NCBI GenBank assembly: GCA_036172245.1
Contig: JAYWIR010000012.1
Span: 744,001-808,000 of the forward strand
Reading direction: 5' to 3'
Origin: Raillietiella orientalis
Lineage: Eukaryota
Length of the DNA: 64,000 nt
Shown here: positions 10,235 through 22,700 of the stretch, in pieces
Numbering within the stretch: the first letter of the stretch is position 1
Layout: each line of letters opens with the position of its first letter
Notes under the pieces: model-generated
Seen by the model: the letters and a program-made list of their open reading frames with translations, nothing else
Database searches by the model: none
What the model was told of the DNA's origin: nothing
Translations under genes and position numbers: made by a program

Positions 10235-11795
10235 TACTGCTGGGAACGTGATGCAGCGTCTCCCGCCTCCCCATCGGGCGGGATGCTTTCTTGCTCGTCT
10301 GCAGTGGGGGGCGCCTCGACGACCCCCTCCGCTTGCATCGGCTGTGTCTCGACCGGGCGTGGGAGTTCAGGACTCGTGTCCATTCCTCCCACGCTCGCCG
10401 CACCCTCGTTTTCGGAAGATTCCCCCTCCTCGGAGGAAACGATCCTCCTCAGGTTACGGATTTTCCGTCCGGTCTTCCATGGGGTTGCAGACCCGAATGT
10501 TGCGTGTCCGGCCTCCGGGTCCGAGTCCGAGGTCCCGGTCCCCCTCCTTTCGGCCGGACGTCGAGCCGCCTTCTTCTCGCCCTTTGCGGGTGATTGCGGA
10601 ACGGCGGCGGCGAGCTCGACGGCGGCTTTCGCAAAGTCCGCGCCAACGCGGCTTTCCCCCTCGTCGCAGCCCTCGGCTGCTGTTCGCACAGCGACGGGGC
10701 TGTCGGCGTTGTTGCACACGGCAACGGCCTGTTCGCATGTCACTTCGGCGTCTGTAAGGCGCTCCAGTGCGATCGTGCGTTTTTTCAGTCCCTGCTTTTT
10801 CGCGGGTGTCGCGAGTTTTGCAGGGACTTTATTCTTCTTTTTTAAGTTCCCTTTTTTGTAGCTGACCTTTTGCCAGTCCGGCTCTTCTCCTTCCGCCCCG
10901 GTTGCCTGCGTTTCCGCAGACGGGTGTTCGGCACGGCCTTTTCGGCTGGCTCCGGGTCAACCTGTTTTTCGGACGTTGGCCAGGGCTTGCCAGGCTTCTT
11001 TTTATTCGCGTTCGTGCCACTCGTGGCAGCAGCCAGCGCGCGCGGAGTCTTTTTCGGGCACATTTCTTCCGTGTGCCCGGTTGCCTCGCACTTGCGGCAG
11101 GTGATGTTGGGGCAACGTTTCTTCACGTGTCCCGTAGCATCACAGAACGCGCAGTATTTGGGTTTACCCAGATACCAGACGTCGACAGTATCTCCGTCGA
11201 CAACCAGTTTGTGGGGAATCCCCACGTCCTTGGCAACCGTGATGCGCGCAGCAGCGAGCCCGCTTAGAAGTCCGTCATAAGTACGGAGTCTGTTGGGTTT
11301 CGCCCACAGTGCGTGCACGGTGCCGAATTTGCTCAATTCAGCCCTGACGGCACTCGGGGGCATCCGTAGGGTGATTCCGCAGAGGTGAACAACTATTGAG
11401 TTGTCCACCGGGACAGGAAAGATCTGGCGGCCTTCGATCCTAGCGGGGGTTCGCAGCAGTCTTTGCGCCAACCCTGCTTCTTTGCAGGTCATCTCGAAAT
11501 GCTGCCCCCCGCTGCGGATGGAGAGACCCAACAGATCCTCCTTGTTGACGTTCAAACGGTGCAGCTCCTACTCAAAGGAGCGCGCCACACGATCATCGAA
11601 TACCCGGCCTACCTTAAACAGCAGGCTGGGATTGTAATTATAGGCCTTGTAGGCCTGGGCCTCGGCCATGGCCGCTGCAGATGGCTCTGCGACCACGGCG
11701 CTGTAGTCCCTCGCTGGCGCGGGGGATGAAGCTTTAGGGGCTAGTGCCCTCACCTCCATGGGGACGGGTGACGTTCGACCGTCGCCCCCCCACAT
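10234..11795 (-). pseudogene. ORF1 (gag-like, two CCHC zinc knuckles) of the L1/Tx1-like element; in-frame TAG at 11568-11570 and a frameshift at ~10935-10965
   Basis: CAFCDATGHVKKRC and CRKCEATGHTEEMC follow an RRM-like region (VVHLCGITLRMPPSAVRAELSKFGTV). ORFs 11568-11795 and 10842-11555 are in the same frame, and a -1 frame continues PDWQKVSYKK to the stop at 10234. Confidence 0.88.
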
Positions 11796-12019
11796 TCCCT
11801 AGTGGCGGGATCAGGCATTTCTGCCATCCTCCAACCACTGAATCACCGCACTACACCAATGAAAACGAAGCGAGTCAGGAGCGCACACAGAACACGTCCG
11901 ACCGACAGCACTAAGTCGGCATTGTACAACGTGACCTATACCGCAAAACGGGGCGATGGTCGTGCGTCTTCTAAAGTGAGCCATCATTGGACAATACTGG
12001 AGAAGTCTTCCTGAGAAAT

Positions 12020-13500
12020 GAGGAGGGCGAGGGGAGAGAAGAAAAGATGTCTTGGATGTCGCTCCCAACTTAAAGCTGGAAAATACTGTCTGTCGTCTCT
12101 ACGATGCAGGAATGCGTCAGGTCGAAGTCTGGTGGTAAATCGTGTCCCCATGAGAGTGATCAGTGCTTCCGTCCAGTAGCCAGGTGATGCCTACTGGATC
12201 AGAAAATACCTTCGTGAAGACAGTTAGCAATCATCGAAGGGTGGCGTGGGGGTATTGCAAGGTGCTTGTCTCTGCCGGAGGGACATTATTCCGCACAAAA
12301 CCGGGATAGTGTGTGCCAAATTCAATGCAGCGGCGACGGGAGGAACCACCCCTCTGGATGAGTTACTCGTGTAAAACGGCAGCGGAATCAAGGGCGACTC
12401 AAAGATGAGAAACGCGATCGAAATGCTGCGCTCCTTCTACCTCGCTGTCCGCCGAGAAGTGCGAAAACCTATCGTGAAGGCTCCGATCGAGCGTTACGTA
12501 TTTTGCTGCTGCTCCGTCATGGTAACGCTGCTGGTTGGAGGTTTAGCTGCACATGGAACAGCGATTACGGGAAGCATTCACAAAGAAAGCCATGGAGAAG
12601 CAGCTTCTACCTTTCTCCAATCGAAGGGAGTAGGACAGCCATCCCCTCCCCGTCAAGGAATCGACCTTCACGACTGTAAAATGATGAAGAACAGTGGCTG
12701 CTGCACCAAGAGCCTTTCGTGGACTGATGAAGGAGATGGAACCGTTCTTTTAGAGTCCAGTAAGCGTAGGTTGCGCCTCCAGAGGAAACACGAGGAACTC
12801 CGCCACTTCAACGGTCAGTGTCCGATGACGTTAATAAACTCTAATTTGCTCTCTGGGCTGTGGGACGCGCTGAGAATGAACTAGAATGAACTAGAAGGTC
12901 CTTGGAGAACACAAGGTCTACTGATGCTGTTTCGGGGAGGTCCATGGATGCAAACTTCTTTTCCTTGCGCGCATGGCTTCAGTTGCAAGGACTTGCTGCG
13001 CTGGACCGCCGATAAGCGGAGACGGCCACTACGGACTGCAAGAGTACGATGGAGAAGCGGAGATTAACGCCGAGAGTCATGGACGTTGCATTCGACCCGC
13101 TACACCAGGGACTTTTTCTCGAACTTCCGAAACGCCACGGGCTCCCAACGCACCACGTTGTCTACTTATCTTCTTGCTGGCGCAGCTCATTAGTAAACTT
13201 TCATTTTATTTACCGTCATGTATACGGCGTCGCTGTACGCAGAAGCACCAGCCAGGGCAACGGCTTAATCCCTCAGCTCCATAGCATTGTATTCGAGATG
13301 GTGCTGAGGACGTACGGCTGACGCTTGCCAGTTTTCCGAACTCCTGCCCGTGCACATCGTCCGTGGCAGCCTACGCAGAGGAGCGACCTCTCCTACTGCT
13401 TATGTACACATCGGCAGCAAGACTGGAGGGCATTTTCGAGCCGCTCCATTGGTGTGCGAGATTGAGCGTCAAAAGGGCAAAGTGCATGGTCATACAGGTG
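12020..13500 (+). mobile_element. Decayed L1-like ORF2 (APE to RT), head-to-head with the main element
   Basis: DVAFDPLHQGLFLELPKRHGLP...YLSSCWRSSLVNF...GVAVRRSTSQGNGL aligns to DLRKAFDSVDQNLLLELLERLGFP...YLRSSWRDSLINL...GVPVRRGIRQGDSL. Confidence 0.7.
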
Positions 13501-13559
13501 GGTGCGTCTTGAGACGGGCAGGCAGACTAGATTTGCTTAAGGATCTCTACGAACAGGAT

Positions 13560-14330
13560 TAGTTTTCAACTAGCACTAGATCACTACGAAGAGGTACTTC
13601 ATGTACCATGGCGTAACAGAGGGCGACTTGTGAGCAGCAGGAGTGTGATCGGCCTGCCTTCAGGAGGTAGACACGGGCCTTGGCTCGGGCCTCTGCAACA
13701 GGTTTGCCTTGCCAAAACGAGCCTCCATCTGAAACAGCTTCGTTGCCCTCCTCCTCCTCCCTTATTTTTGGTTTGCCCGCCTCCTCATTCGGTGGGGATC
13801 TAAACGCAGCTCCTCCTACGAAAAGCCTTATGTGGTTCAACTATGTCCCGGATCCGCCCGAAAAAATTCGATGCTGGCTCAGACACCATGAACACCCACA
13901 AATTTGCACTGCAGTACGCACCATCAACCTAAAAGGGTACATTAACAAACATCGCTATAGGACTACGAGATCTTGCACGATTTGTGGGTTATTTTCAATT
14001 ATCATAGACACCACAGCGTGTCCGGGTCAGAAGGAGAAGGCTACTCTTGTTTGAAAGCAGGTGGACGTGGAAGTTCCTTTCGATCAGATGTGCTACTCTT
14101 AAGCTGGAGATTGCGAGCCATCGGCAACGAAAAACGACGATGAATTCCATTCTTTTGAAACGCCTTTCAAAGCGTCTTGAAGCTCCTGTCGACGGACACA
14201 AGCTCACAATCTTCGATCCACTTCGTTATTACTTTTTGCATAACCACGGAGAGCAGGAAGGTCCCAGACTGCTGGGAATCAGTTCGAGGAAGAGTTCCTG
14301 GCTTGCGATGGCGGCCTTAAGACTGCGGTC
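13560..14330 (-). mobile_element. Decayed APE-like retroelement fragment, direct paralog of ~25190-25700
   Basis: 'aagcaggtggacgtggaag...gatgtgctactctt' (~14055) vs 'aagcaggtggacgttgaag...gatgtgctgctctt' (~25363). Weak similarity to an APE N-terminus on the minus strand. Confidence 0.45.
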
Positions 14331-15064
14331 TCTGCATGTGGAACCAAAAGATCCGGGTTGACATCCCGCTCTGGAAAAAATGGAAGCAGAGAATGGGGGT
14401 GCGTCGTGAGTTTCAAGTTCCTCACGCTCGATACTTCTGGTTGGCTTCTGGCAATGGCGAAAGTTGGAAACCGTATGCCCCCGCTAACTGGTCGAAATAG
14501 GAACTAGACCCTCGATGGTTCCTCCAGGTATCAAGTAGCCTTGGATTTTTCCCCTTTGTCCTTGTAAAAATAAGGAAAATTTCCTTTCTCAGAAAAGACT
14601 CTGCATTGGTGCCATGGGTCTGGTTCATATCCTGCTTGAGGATGGTGGCCTCTCTTTGGTGTAAGAAGCGCGCCGCTCCCTTTCAGGATCGCCCATGCGA
14701 GAAATCTGGAAGCGCCCATTCGGGATTAGGATGATGATAGTTTGGCCGTGAAGGAAATTTCGGCATCTCCATGCGCGTGGTAGATGTAGGTGGGTGCTGA
14801 GCGAGCGTCGGATGTCATGTGGAGCGCACATCTGTTGAAGGATGGGTTCTCCGCAGTAGGCATTGTGTACCCCCCTTGCATGCCGATGTCAGCTGCAGCG
14901 GCTGTGCGAAGGTGCGATGATCGCTGTGTTGAGTTCTATCTGTTGGAGTGTGACTGCTGCTTCCTGCTAGCTGAAGGAAGCCAGAAAGAACGTGAATCAT
15001 GGACATGCGTGATTTGCAACGAATTCAGTTTCATTTCATGGCAGTCGCGAACGACCTTCTGCCA

Positions 15065-18000
15065 TCAATTCAGGTTATGAATGATTATTTTCTCTTTCGT
15101 GGGAATGAAATGCACTAAATACTTCCTTAGAAAGAAGGTGCCGAAATACATATCTTCATCTAGCATCTGTGAACCTTCTTGGACCAGAAGTTCGCATTGA
15201 TCGTCTGAATCATCGTATGGATTCACCTGAAATCGACTCTCTCTCGTGTTCTTGAAGAAGGTGTGTTCCATTACCTTCCTCATGTAATCCTTGCCACTGA
15301 AGGTGAAATGATGTCCCTCTATGTCAAAGCTGAATATGGGAAGACGCTGCGCACGGGAACAAGGTACCTAACGGACTCGTTAAAACAAATCTACTGACAC
15401 CGGTTACCTACCTTTAAGAATTGACCAGCCTTGAGTGGTTTTTCCAACTGATCAGCAAATACCTTGAAGGCACCTTTAGTAAGCAAAATACCATCTCTTT
15501 CAAAAGAGAAAGTGGCAGAACATTGTTCCTTGCAGAGCTTCTTTGATCCTATTTTCACGCTGAATAAAGAGGTCAGTGTTTAGCAGGAAATAATTGGATA
15601 TCCTTTTGAAATCTCTTACTTTCTTAATGTGAAGGACCAAATCTCCTCGTCGACGCTGAGTAGCTCAACCCCATGGGGTTCCCCGTCGGAGAGTTCTATC
15701 GTGATCTTTCCAACTTCCTGGTTTTTACGTGATTCCCTGCAAAAAAGAGAAAATGGGTTAGAAAGTCGCTTCGTCGAGAGAGGCATCATCAGTTTTCTCA
15801 ATGACAAGAAATTCATACATTCATACATCTGTGAACGAAGAAAACCACGGGCATGAATTCAACCAACCACCACGAAAATCGGGTCCTTGAGAATAGCTTG
15901 AAGAAGCGCTGTCATTTGAGTTAGGGGGAAGAAAGATAATGGGGGACCTTGAAGGCCAGTCGTTCCTGGTTAGCCGTGTCAGCAGTTAAATCCATGCAGT
16001 TTACGAAAGTTCATTCTGTGTTAAAATCTATTTAAGTCGTCCTTCGCTCGGTTCCTCTGAGGTGCAATGAACTGCAGATTGGACCAAAAAATGAAGGATG
16101 CAACTAGTGCCATTAACATTTCCCATTCATGCAGGTCTGGTACATGGAAGCCCATGGAAAGTTCTCAACCCTTCATCGCCAGCGGAACCTGCTCATGGGA
16201 AATGTTGCTACACTTTGAGACTTCTTTCGTTGAAATCGGCAGTTCTTTCCTTTTTAGGAATTCATCAGCCAACAGGCTGCTGAATTCGTGGAAGGTCCTT
16301 CCTGAGTATCGAAAGCCTCAAACACATCCTCAATGCCACTCATGAATGCATTCCTAGTATCGAGAAGTTTCGAGAACACACGAACGGAAGTCGTCTCAAA
16401 GACAAAGAAGTGGAGAAATATGACCCCGGACCTCTTCAGGCATTTTGATTTCTTTTAATTGCTGGGGATCAAAGAGGTAAGTAGAAGGGAGCTCATCAGG
16501 CCGAACCAGGACGAATTGCGCACCCAGATGTGCACAAAGAGGAACAAAGAGAACAACCGGGTCGGCATCACACGAGTCTTCGGGTCCTTTCCGTTCGAGG
16601 ATGGAACAGGAAGGTGGAGCATGCGAAAGGGAATCCTGGAGTTCAGCTGCCCTTCCGTCGAAGCGAAGAGGTTCCTCCGTGGGTTCAGATTAAGCATGAA
16701 TACAGGAAAAGGAAAAAAAAAAATGCGGGGTGCGATTTCTTTGATTGCCTGCTGGTGGCAACCCTGTTTTGATGGACAGGAAACGACGCGAATTCATATC
16801 TCGAAGGATCGAAACACCGAAAGACCATAAAAGAAAACTACAAATGTGCATTACGTCTATTAGCATACGTATTTATATGTGCGAAAATATATTTTCTGCG
16901 GATCGTGAAAAATATATTAATATATGGATGAAGTCACAAAAATGTTTCAACATTCAAGTTTCTTGATATCCATCGGCAAACATATCCCTGGTATGATTAG
17001 TCATAAGCACATTATGAATGAAGTAAAGATAAGCACCAATTACTATACGTTGACATATCTATTCCATATGGGTTTATGTGAAAATCACTATATATTTAAA
17101 AAAGGAAGTTTGTTCTACGTTTGTATGTGGATTTATGTGGAAATTCATTCTAACATATCGTTAACACCACGTGTGAATATGTACGATTCGAAAACGCAAG
17201 CTTGTGTACTTCATACATATTAGCATACATTTCAACACGCAATACGTATTCATGAAATGAATATACGAATACCGAGTAAGAAAGATATCTATTTATGGAA
17301 TGATAGAAAGGCGGAGAATGGACTTGGTCATATCGAGCGGGGGTTTCGTTTGCTCAGAGTGGAAACTGACACGGAGATGAAGTACCAAATGGCTTGTTCT
17401 TGTTTATTCAAGTCATTTGCTTTCTCCTATTCTTTCCCCTTATTTTCAGCTGTCTTCACTGTTTCTGATTTTGGTGAATCGATATTTGTGTAAAAAATGA
17501 AAAATATCTTTTTAACATATTTTTATCGTGCGATATCTTTAGTGTGTGTACCGGAAAGTTATTAATGCATACGACTAATTGTAAAAAGGATATGTAAGCC
17601 AGGAAATATTAATAAATATGTGTGTGTAAATGAATTCGAATACTTATGTACATGCAAATGTAGGTCACGATGCATATACGGTTATTATTTAGTAAATATA
17701 CGAATCGACGCATTTGTATTGGTATATATCTAAAACATGAGCATTCTTTCGTAATTTTGATGTTTTGAAACCGTCCCGTTCCCATGGCATCCTGGGGCCG
17801 GCGGAAAAATAGGGGAGTGGAGGTAGGAATCGCGTGAGGAGAACCGAGGAAAGGAAGAGTGTTTGTGGTGCTCGGTTGAGGGGCCTTGCACACGTGGGGT
17901 GTGCCCTTTCCACCGCCAGATTACGGCGGTGCCTCCCTGTGCACCATGGAGCACCCCCTGCTTGTCGAAAGGGAGCTTCCGTTGTGGCTGCCGCGTGTTG

Positions 18001-19779
18001 GTGACGATCGGCCTGCGAACTCGCGAGCGCGTGCTCCTCGGGGAAACGACCGATTTCTCTCAAACGTCTTACCTGTGCCAGCTGAAAGTGTACTTCAAGG
18101 ATTGCGAGGGAGATAGCAGGCTGTTGAAGGCATTCAGAAACACTGCTGGTGCATGGTAGGCATCTTGGGAGGGCGGACTCAATCCTAGCAATCCATCAAA
18201 ATCTTGAGGAATGTCGGGAAAATATTTCTGTGAATGCCTTCCTGAGATGGTGATACCGACCGCTTTAAGAGATAGGTTTCCAGCCTGGAAGGATACAAGA
18301 ACTGCATTTTGCAACCGAAGGAATCGAAATTATTGGTATTTCCGGGTGAAGTATTTCGAATCTCCAGAATGAATTTCCAGGAAATAAGCAGAAGCACGAA
18401 GAGATTGCTCAAAACGCGCTTCAACCACCAGTTTCTTGCATGGGAGTACTTGCGAATGTTAAGCCAATAACCTCAGAAAATGCACAATTGCTCCGTTTTC
18501 AACTTTGTATGTTTCGTCCGTCCTCGATGTCTAATCTCTAGGTGGTTCATTGAATTCCGCGAATTAACCAAAGAGGTTGAGACCCAAGAGACAGAGAGGA
18601 AGTGAACAACTCTACCGAAGGAGGAGCTGAGAGCTCTGAATGGGCATTGGACTGCAGGAGAACGCACCTGAATGTCTTCCTTTCCCACAGAGTCCACGAA
18701 TAAGGAAGCGGCGACTCCTCCGTCATTGTGCGGATGAAACGTCTTTGAGTCGGTTGGTTTGTATCCATGAATTTCACCTAAAATCCAAGCTCTGTTATCA
18801 CATGTCTTAGAAGACATATGTGTTAGCACCATTATTGTTTTTATATTTATTGTTCACTTCCGTAATAATCGAAAGTTCGTACATCTCTGCACTTGGCAAA
18901 ACATACACAGTCCTTCGGGGCTGCCCTATTTGTAACTTCACGTAGTTGTTCTGCAAGAGAGAAAAGGATGCTCAGAAATAAATATTTGCGGATTTCACAC
19001 GCAAATTCATTCATCTGTAACGCTCGCTTTTGCTCCTTTCGCACCCTTGCAGACAGCAGACATCGCAGAAGACATTTCCATCACCTTGCCAACATGATTT
19101 TCATCCCAAACTCAATCCGACCTACGAAACGGTCCCTAATGGCTGCTCCCCCAAGCCGAGCTGGATGGATGATCTGTGATTATAAAGAGCAGCGTCTCGA
19201 CATCTTTCCGCGGGTGGCGCGAAGTGGTCGTATGAAGCGAAAGTGGACTGCATGTACGGAAACATCCGCTATGCCACGTCGTTTTCTACTCAATGGACCA
19301 TCTTTACTTCTCAGATTACCCTGCAGCATGAAGTGCGTTTCGCGCAATCTCGAAACACCCCTTAGAGCATTGCGTAACTTTGGAGCGTTTCCAAGGAGTC
19401 GACGCACAACCACCAAAAGCCATGTGATCCTACGGCGCAATGACGGAATCTCCTAGAAGATAAAACGCGAATCCCTCAATCCTTTGAAAGAAGATCCCTT
19501 ATATCTGACGCCTTTCTGCGCTGCTATCCACGGCTACGAGGCTTCGAGCTAGATGCGTTCAACAGCTTGGAAGCCAAGACTGCTGTTGGGATGATGTGCT
19601 CACCAAGAGCTCCATCACACCCTGGGTTCTATGCAATAATCTTTGAATCGAGTGCGCTGATTCATCTACTCACCGTGCCATCACTGAAGATGGGTATTTC
19701 GTATATCTTGGATGGACTGCGCTGATGGAGAGACTCCAGTAAGGATGACTCTTTGAAGGGCATTCGAAGATGAGGTAAC
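15065..19779 (-). CDS. Spliced pepsin-like (peptidase A1 fold) protein lacking both catalytic DTG/DSG motifs; first exon unresolved
   Basis: Exons 19779-19674, 18950-18830, 18777-18668, 18284-18073, 15736-15620, 15559-15412, 15367-15275 and 15226-15065. All GT-AG, phase-consistent, no internal stops (~355 codons). Motifs YVKLQIGQP, YKPTDSKTF, FDGLLGLS, GKITI, VKIGSKKLCKEQCSA, VPCS...LPIFSFDIEGHHF...DY and FGTFFLRKY. Confidence 0.85.
16800..17770. mobile_element. AT-rich ~1 kb insertion in the long intron of the left protease-like gene, possibly an old MITE/foldback
   Basis: Sharp drop in GC. The left intron is 2336 nt vs 1563 nt in the right paralog. Weak inverted similarity between the ends (tcgaaacaccgaaag...tacaaatg vs the reverse complement of the 17700-17770 end). 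Confidence 0.4.
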
Positions 19780-22700
19780 CTGACAACGTCAGAGAATAAC
19801 AAATGCAATTAGTCTGGGAAATTGGTACTGTCTGCGGAAGACGACGTTTCATGCAAAGCACAGCGGAGCAAAAATTTTTTGCTTTAGCGTTTTCGGAAAT
19901 TATCGTTTACCGTGGAGGAGACGAAAGCACGTGCAGATCGCTTTCAAATCAGAAGGCAGTGCTAACGAGGAATCCAAGGAAAATTTCATTCCATTCCAAT
20001 AAAAATAGATACTAAAGAAAGTCAATTGATTCTTAAATGGACGCGAGAGCGCTTGAAAAGCCAGGTGGAAGATGACCGCGCCTACCTTTCTTTCGTGCAG
20101 GCGCGAGTGCTCAAAGGATCACGCGAGGTGGGCGCGGAAACCGCGAGCGCGGTTCCTCCAGCCCGAGTCGTGCACAAAAGCAGCGCCCACGATGGAAGAG
20201 AGAGGGACAGGCGAGTTCCCGCGTCAGTGAGAAGGGAGGAAAATATGGTGCGAATGCTGCATGCAACTCCTGGTGAGCGGCATCTCTGCGTAAGCGAGAA
20301 GCACCCGTGAAACATGTGGACAGACTCGTTTTACCACGAGGGATTGCGGATACACAGGAAGCGAGAACCCAGCTGCAAGTCCCTTGCAATGGACCAACCA
20401 ACTCGCTTGCACTCAAAAGTTACGGAAATTCCTCCATGTTTTGTAAACCAGGGAGGGCATTGTCCCCAGTTATCTCAAGGCACCCGATCCCTTCGTAAGG
20501 AGTGCGCTTTTCCTACGCGGATCAGCCAGTTATGGGAGGGAGATGCGTGATGGAAGGGGCAGATGGCACTTTCAAGCAAAGAATCTTTGAAAAAGTGCGC
20601 AGCAAGAAGTGGGATGCAGAGTTGTACCTTGAGGCTTCTCCGAAGAAATAGCCGGCGTGGACGAATAGAAATACCAGGAGAGAATTCATCTCAACTGTGC
20701 TGAGCTCTTCCTGTAAAGAGATACGTATGAGAACGCAGGTCAAAAGCATTGGATGTGTCCGCTCCAGCAATAGCGTTTTGCGAAACCCAATGGGCAACGA
20801 ACGGATACGGTCATCGCAGAGATGTCATTTCAACGTCGAAATGCTCAGAGTACGGTTGACTTGGCTGGCATCAGAGGTGGAATTTCTTGCATCTCAACTT
20901 GTTTGGCAATCCGCTGCTCTCTTCGCAGATGAGGAACCGCATCGTTAGCAAGGCTAACCAGAAGACTGCTCTGTTGGGACGCGCAAAAGGGGATGTCGTG
21001 CTGCTCATTTGCCGCACCACGGGCGGCAACACGGCTTCTAGGAGGGTACGGATTTCCCATCTCCTTTCCTGTGGCGGTGTGCTGATTTTTCCGGCGACTC
21101 CATAAGCGGTACTTCAAGTCGATCCTTGGAGAATCAAAAGTTTTCCTGAAGAGAGGAAACGTTGCTGCTTCTTCTGCGCAAAACAACGAGCAGAGAGCTG
21201 CGGTTGATGCGGAGATGCTTTCACGAGAAGATGCTTCCAGCTCGCTTCGATGAATGGAGCTGGCATTTGCTCTGCAGCCTTCCCTTCGTTCCATCAGAGA
21301 GGAGAAGGTACGAGCTGCCTGAGCACCAGAGGTCCGTTCGTGGATGGATGCAGGCTTGTTTTGACGCAGCAGGCGCTCTGGTTGTCCACCAGGCTCGAGC
21401 TGCGACGCTATTCGCGAGACGCTTTCCATGTGAGTCCAGTTTCTTTTGCATGGCATCTTCGGATTTGGTTTATCTGATTCAGAGACGTGAATGCCGCTTT
21501 TGTCATTCTGATTGAAAATGGAAAAGCGGTGCAGTCCTGAATTCAGCTTTGGGCAGATGCACAGCAGCGACTCCGCTTGGGTCTTGCAATGGATTGATGG
21601 CAGATGATCATATGGAAAGCTGACCACATTCAGCATTTCCATTTCTTTAAGAGCTTCTAGTTGATTCGATTTCTGGTTGAGGGCAATTCAGTCCAGGCCT
21701 TGTAATAGTGTCGAAGTGTAGCGAATTTCGCAATTATTCACTGTCATTCATCGTCATCAACTGCTTGCCGTAGCACTTGGCATTTTTTCCGAGATACTTT
21801 AGCTTTTACATCGTTTGCTTAGAACCAAAAGCTGATATCCATATTTACCTAAGAGGAGTTGTGCTGCCGGTTGGTTGCCGGAGAAGGGTTGTTGGCTTGT
21901 GGAAGTTGAATGGATGCCCGAGTGAGAGCTTCAGGTGACACAGATGTCCTGAGACGGAGCACCGATGAATGTGGATAATTGAAGCAAGGAAAGGGAGCAA
22001 ATCCGAGCTGGGATCGACGACGGGTGCCGTTTTGTCTTCTTTCTGCAGGTGGTAATACCTATGAGAACGCAGAGCTTGGATGCCACGTTCTTCAGGGGCA
22101 TTCATCTCGTGTAGGCGATTTTGTATTCTAATGAATTCATCTTCTTCCTTGTTATGCGCGACTGTGAATCGAATTCTCGTCCAAGTGCAAAACTTCGTTT
22201 TCTTGGAATCCAAGTGTGAAAGAGGAATAATTGTCATGATTATGTGTGGGTGTTTTCTTGGGAGTCAAAGCCACAAATTGGCACTCGAAAATTTCGTGTG
22301 GGTGATGAATTCGTTTTATGAATGGAGGTGGAGAATTGAGGAATGAAATATTTCCAGTCTCAGCAATGATGAGAGTGAAATTTGCTTCGGATGAATACAC
22401 GCTACCATGCGGGAACGCACATTCTGCATTGAAGTCGTTCCCGATATAAGGATGATGGCGATCTTTGACGGATTGTGCGCATGCTGCCTTCTGACGACTT
22501 CGATAGCAATTCCTATCAACAAGTCGGTCAAAGAGGTCAATCTCGAAGACCTGAAAAAGTTACGCACAGAAAAATAGCGCCTTCTTTTCTAATCAGTTTA
22601 ACTAAATTAGGGACATCCACAGCTTGAGGCGTCTGATAACTGAGGCAAAGTTATACAGCAGCACCGTGTCCTCAACGTGACTCTACTTGCTTCCTTTGAG

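Noticed and set aside
11568..11570. Programmed readthrough or alternative genetic code at the ORF1 TAG
   Set aside because: The same copy also has frameshifts and a deletion, and the host genes use standard stops. It is most likely a disabling mutation.
20845..21642. 265-aa ORF with paralogous peptides at 1.5-2.3 kb and 53.2-54.0 kb as a gene family
   Set aside because: The similarity hops between reading frames in the three copies. This fits neutrally diverged duplicated non-coding DNA.
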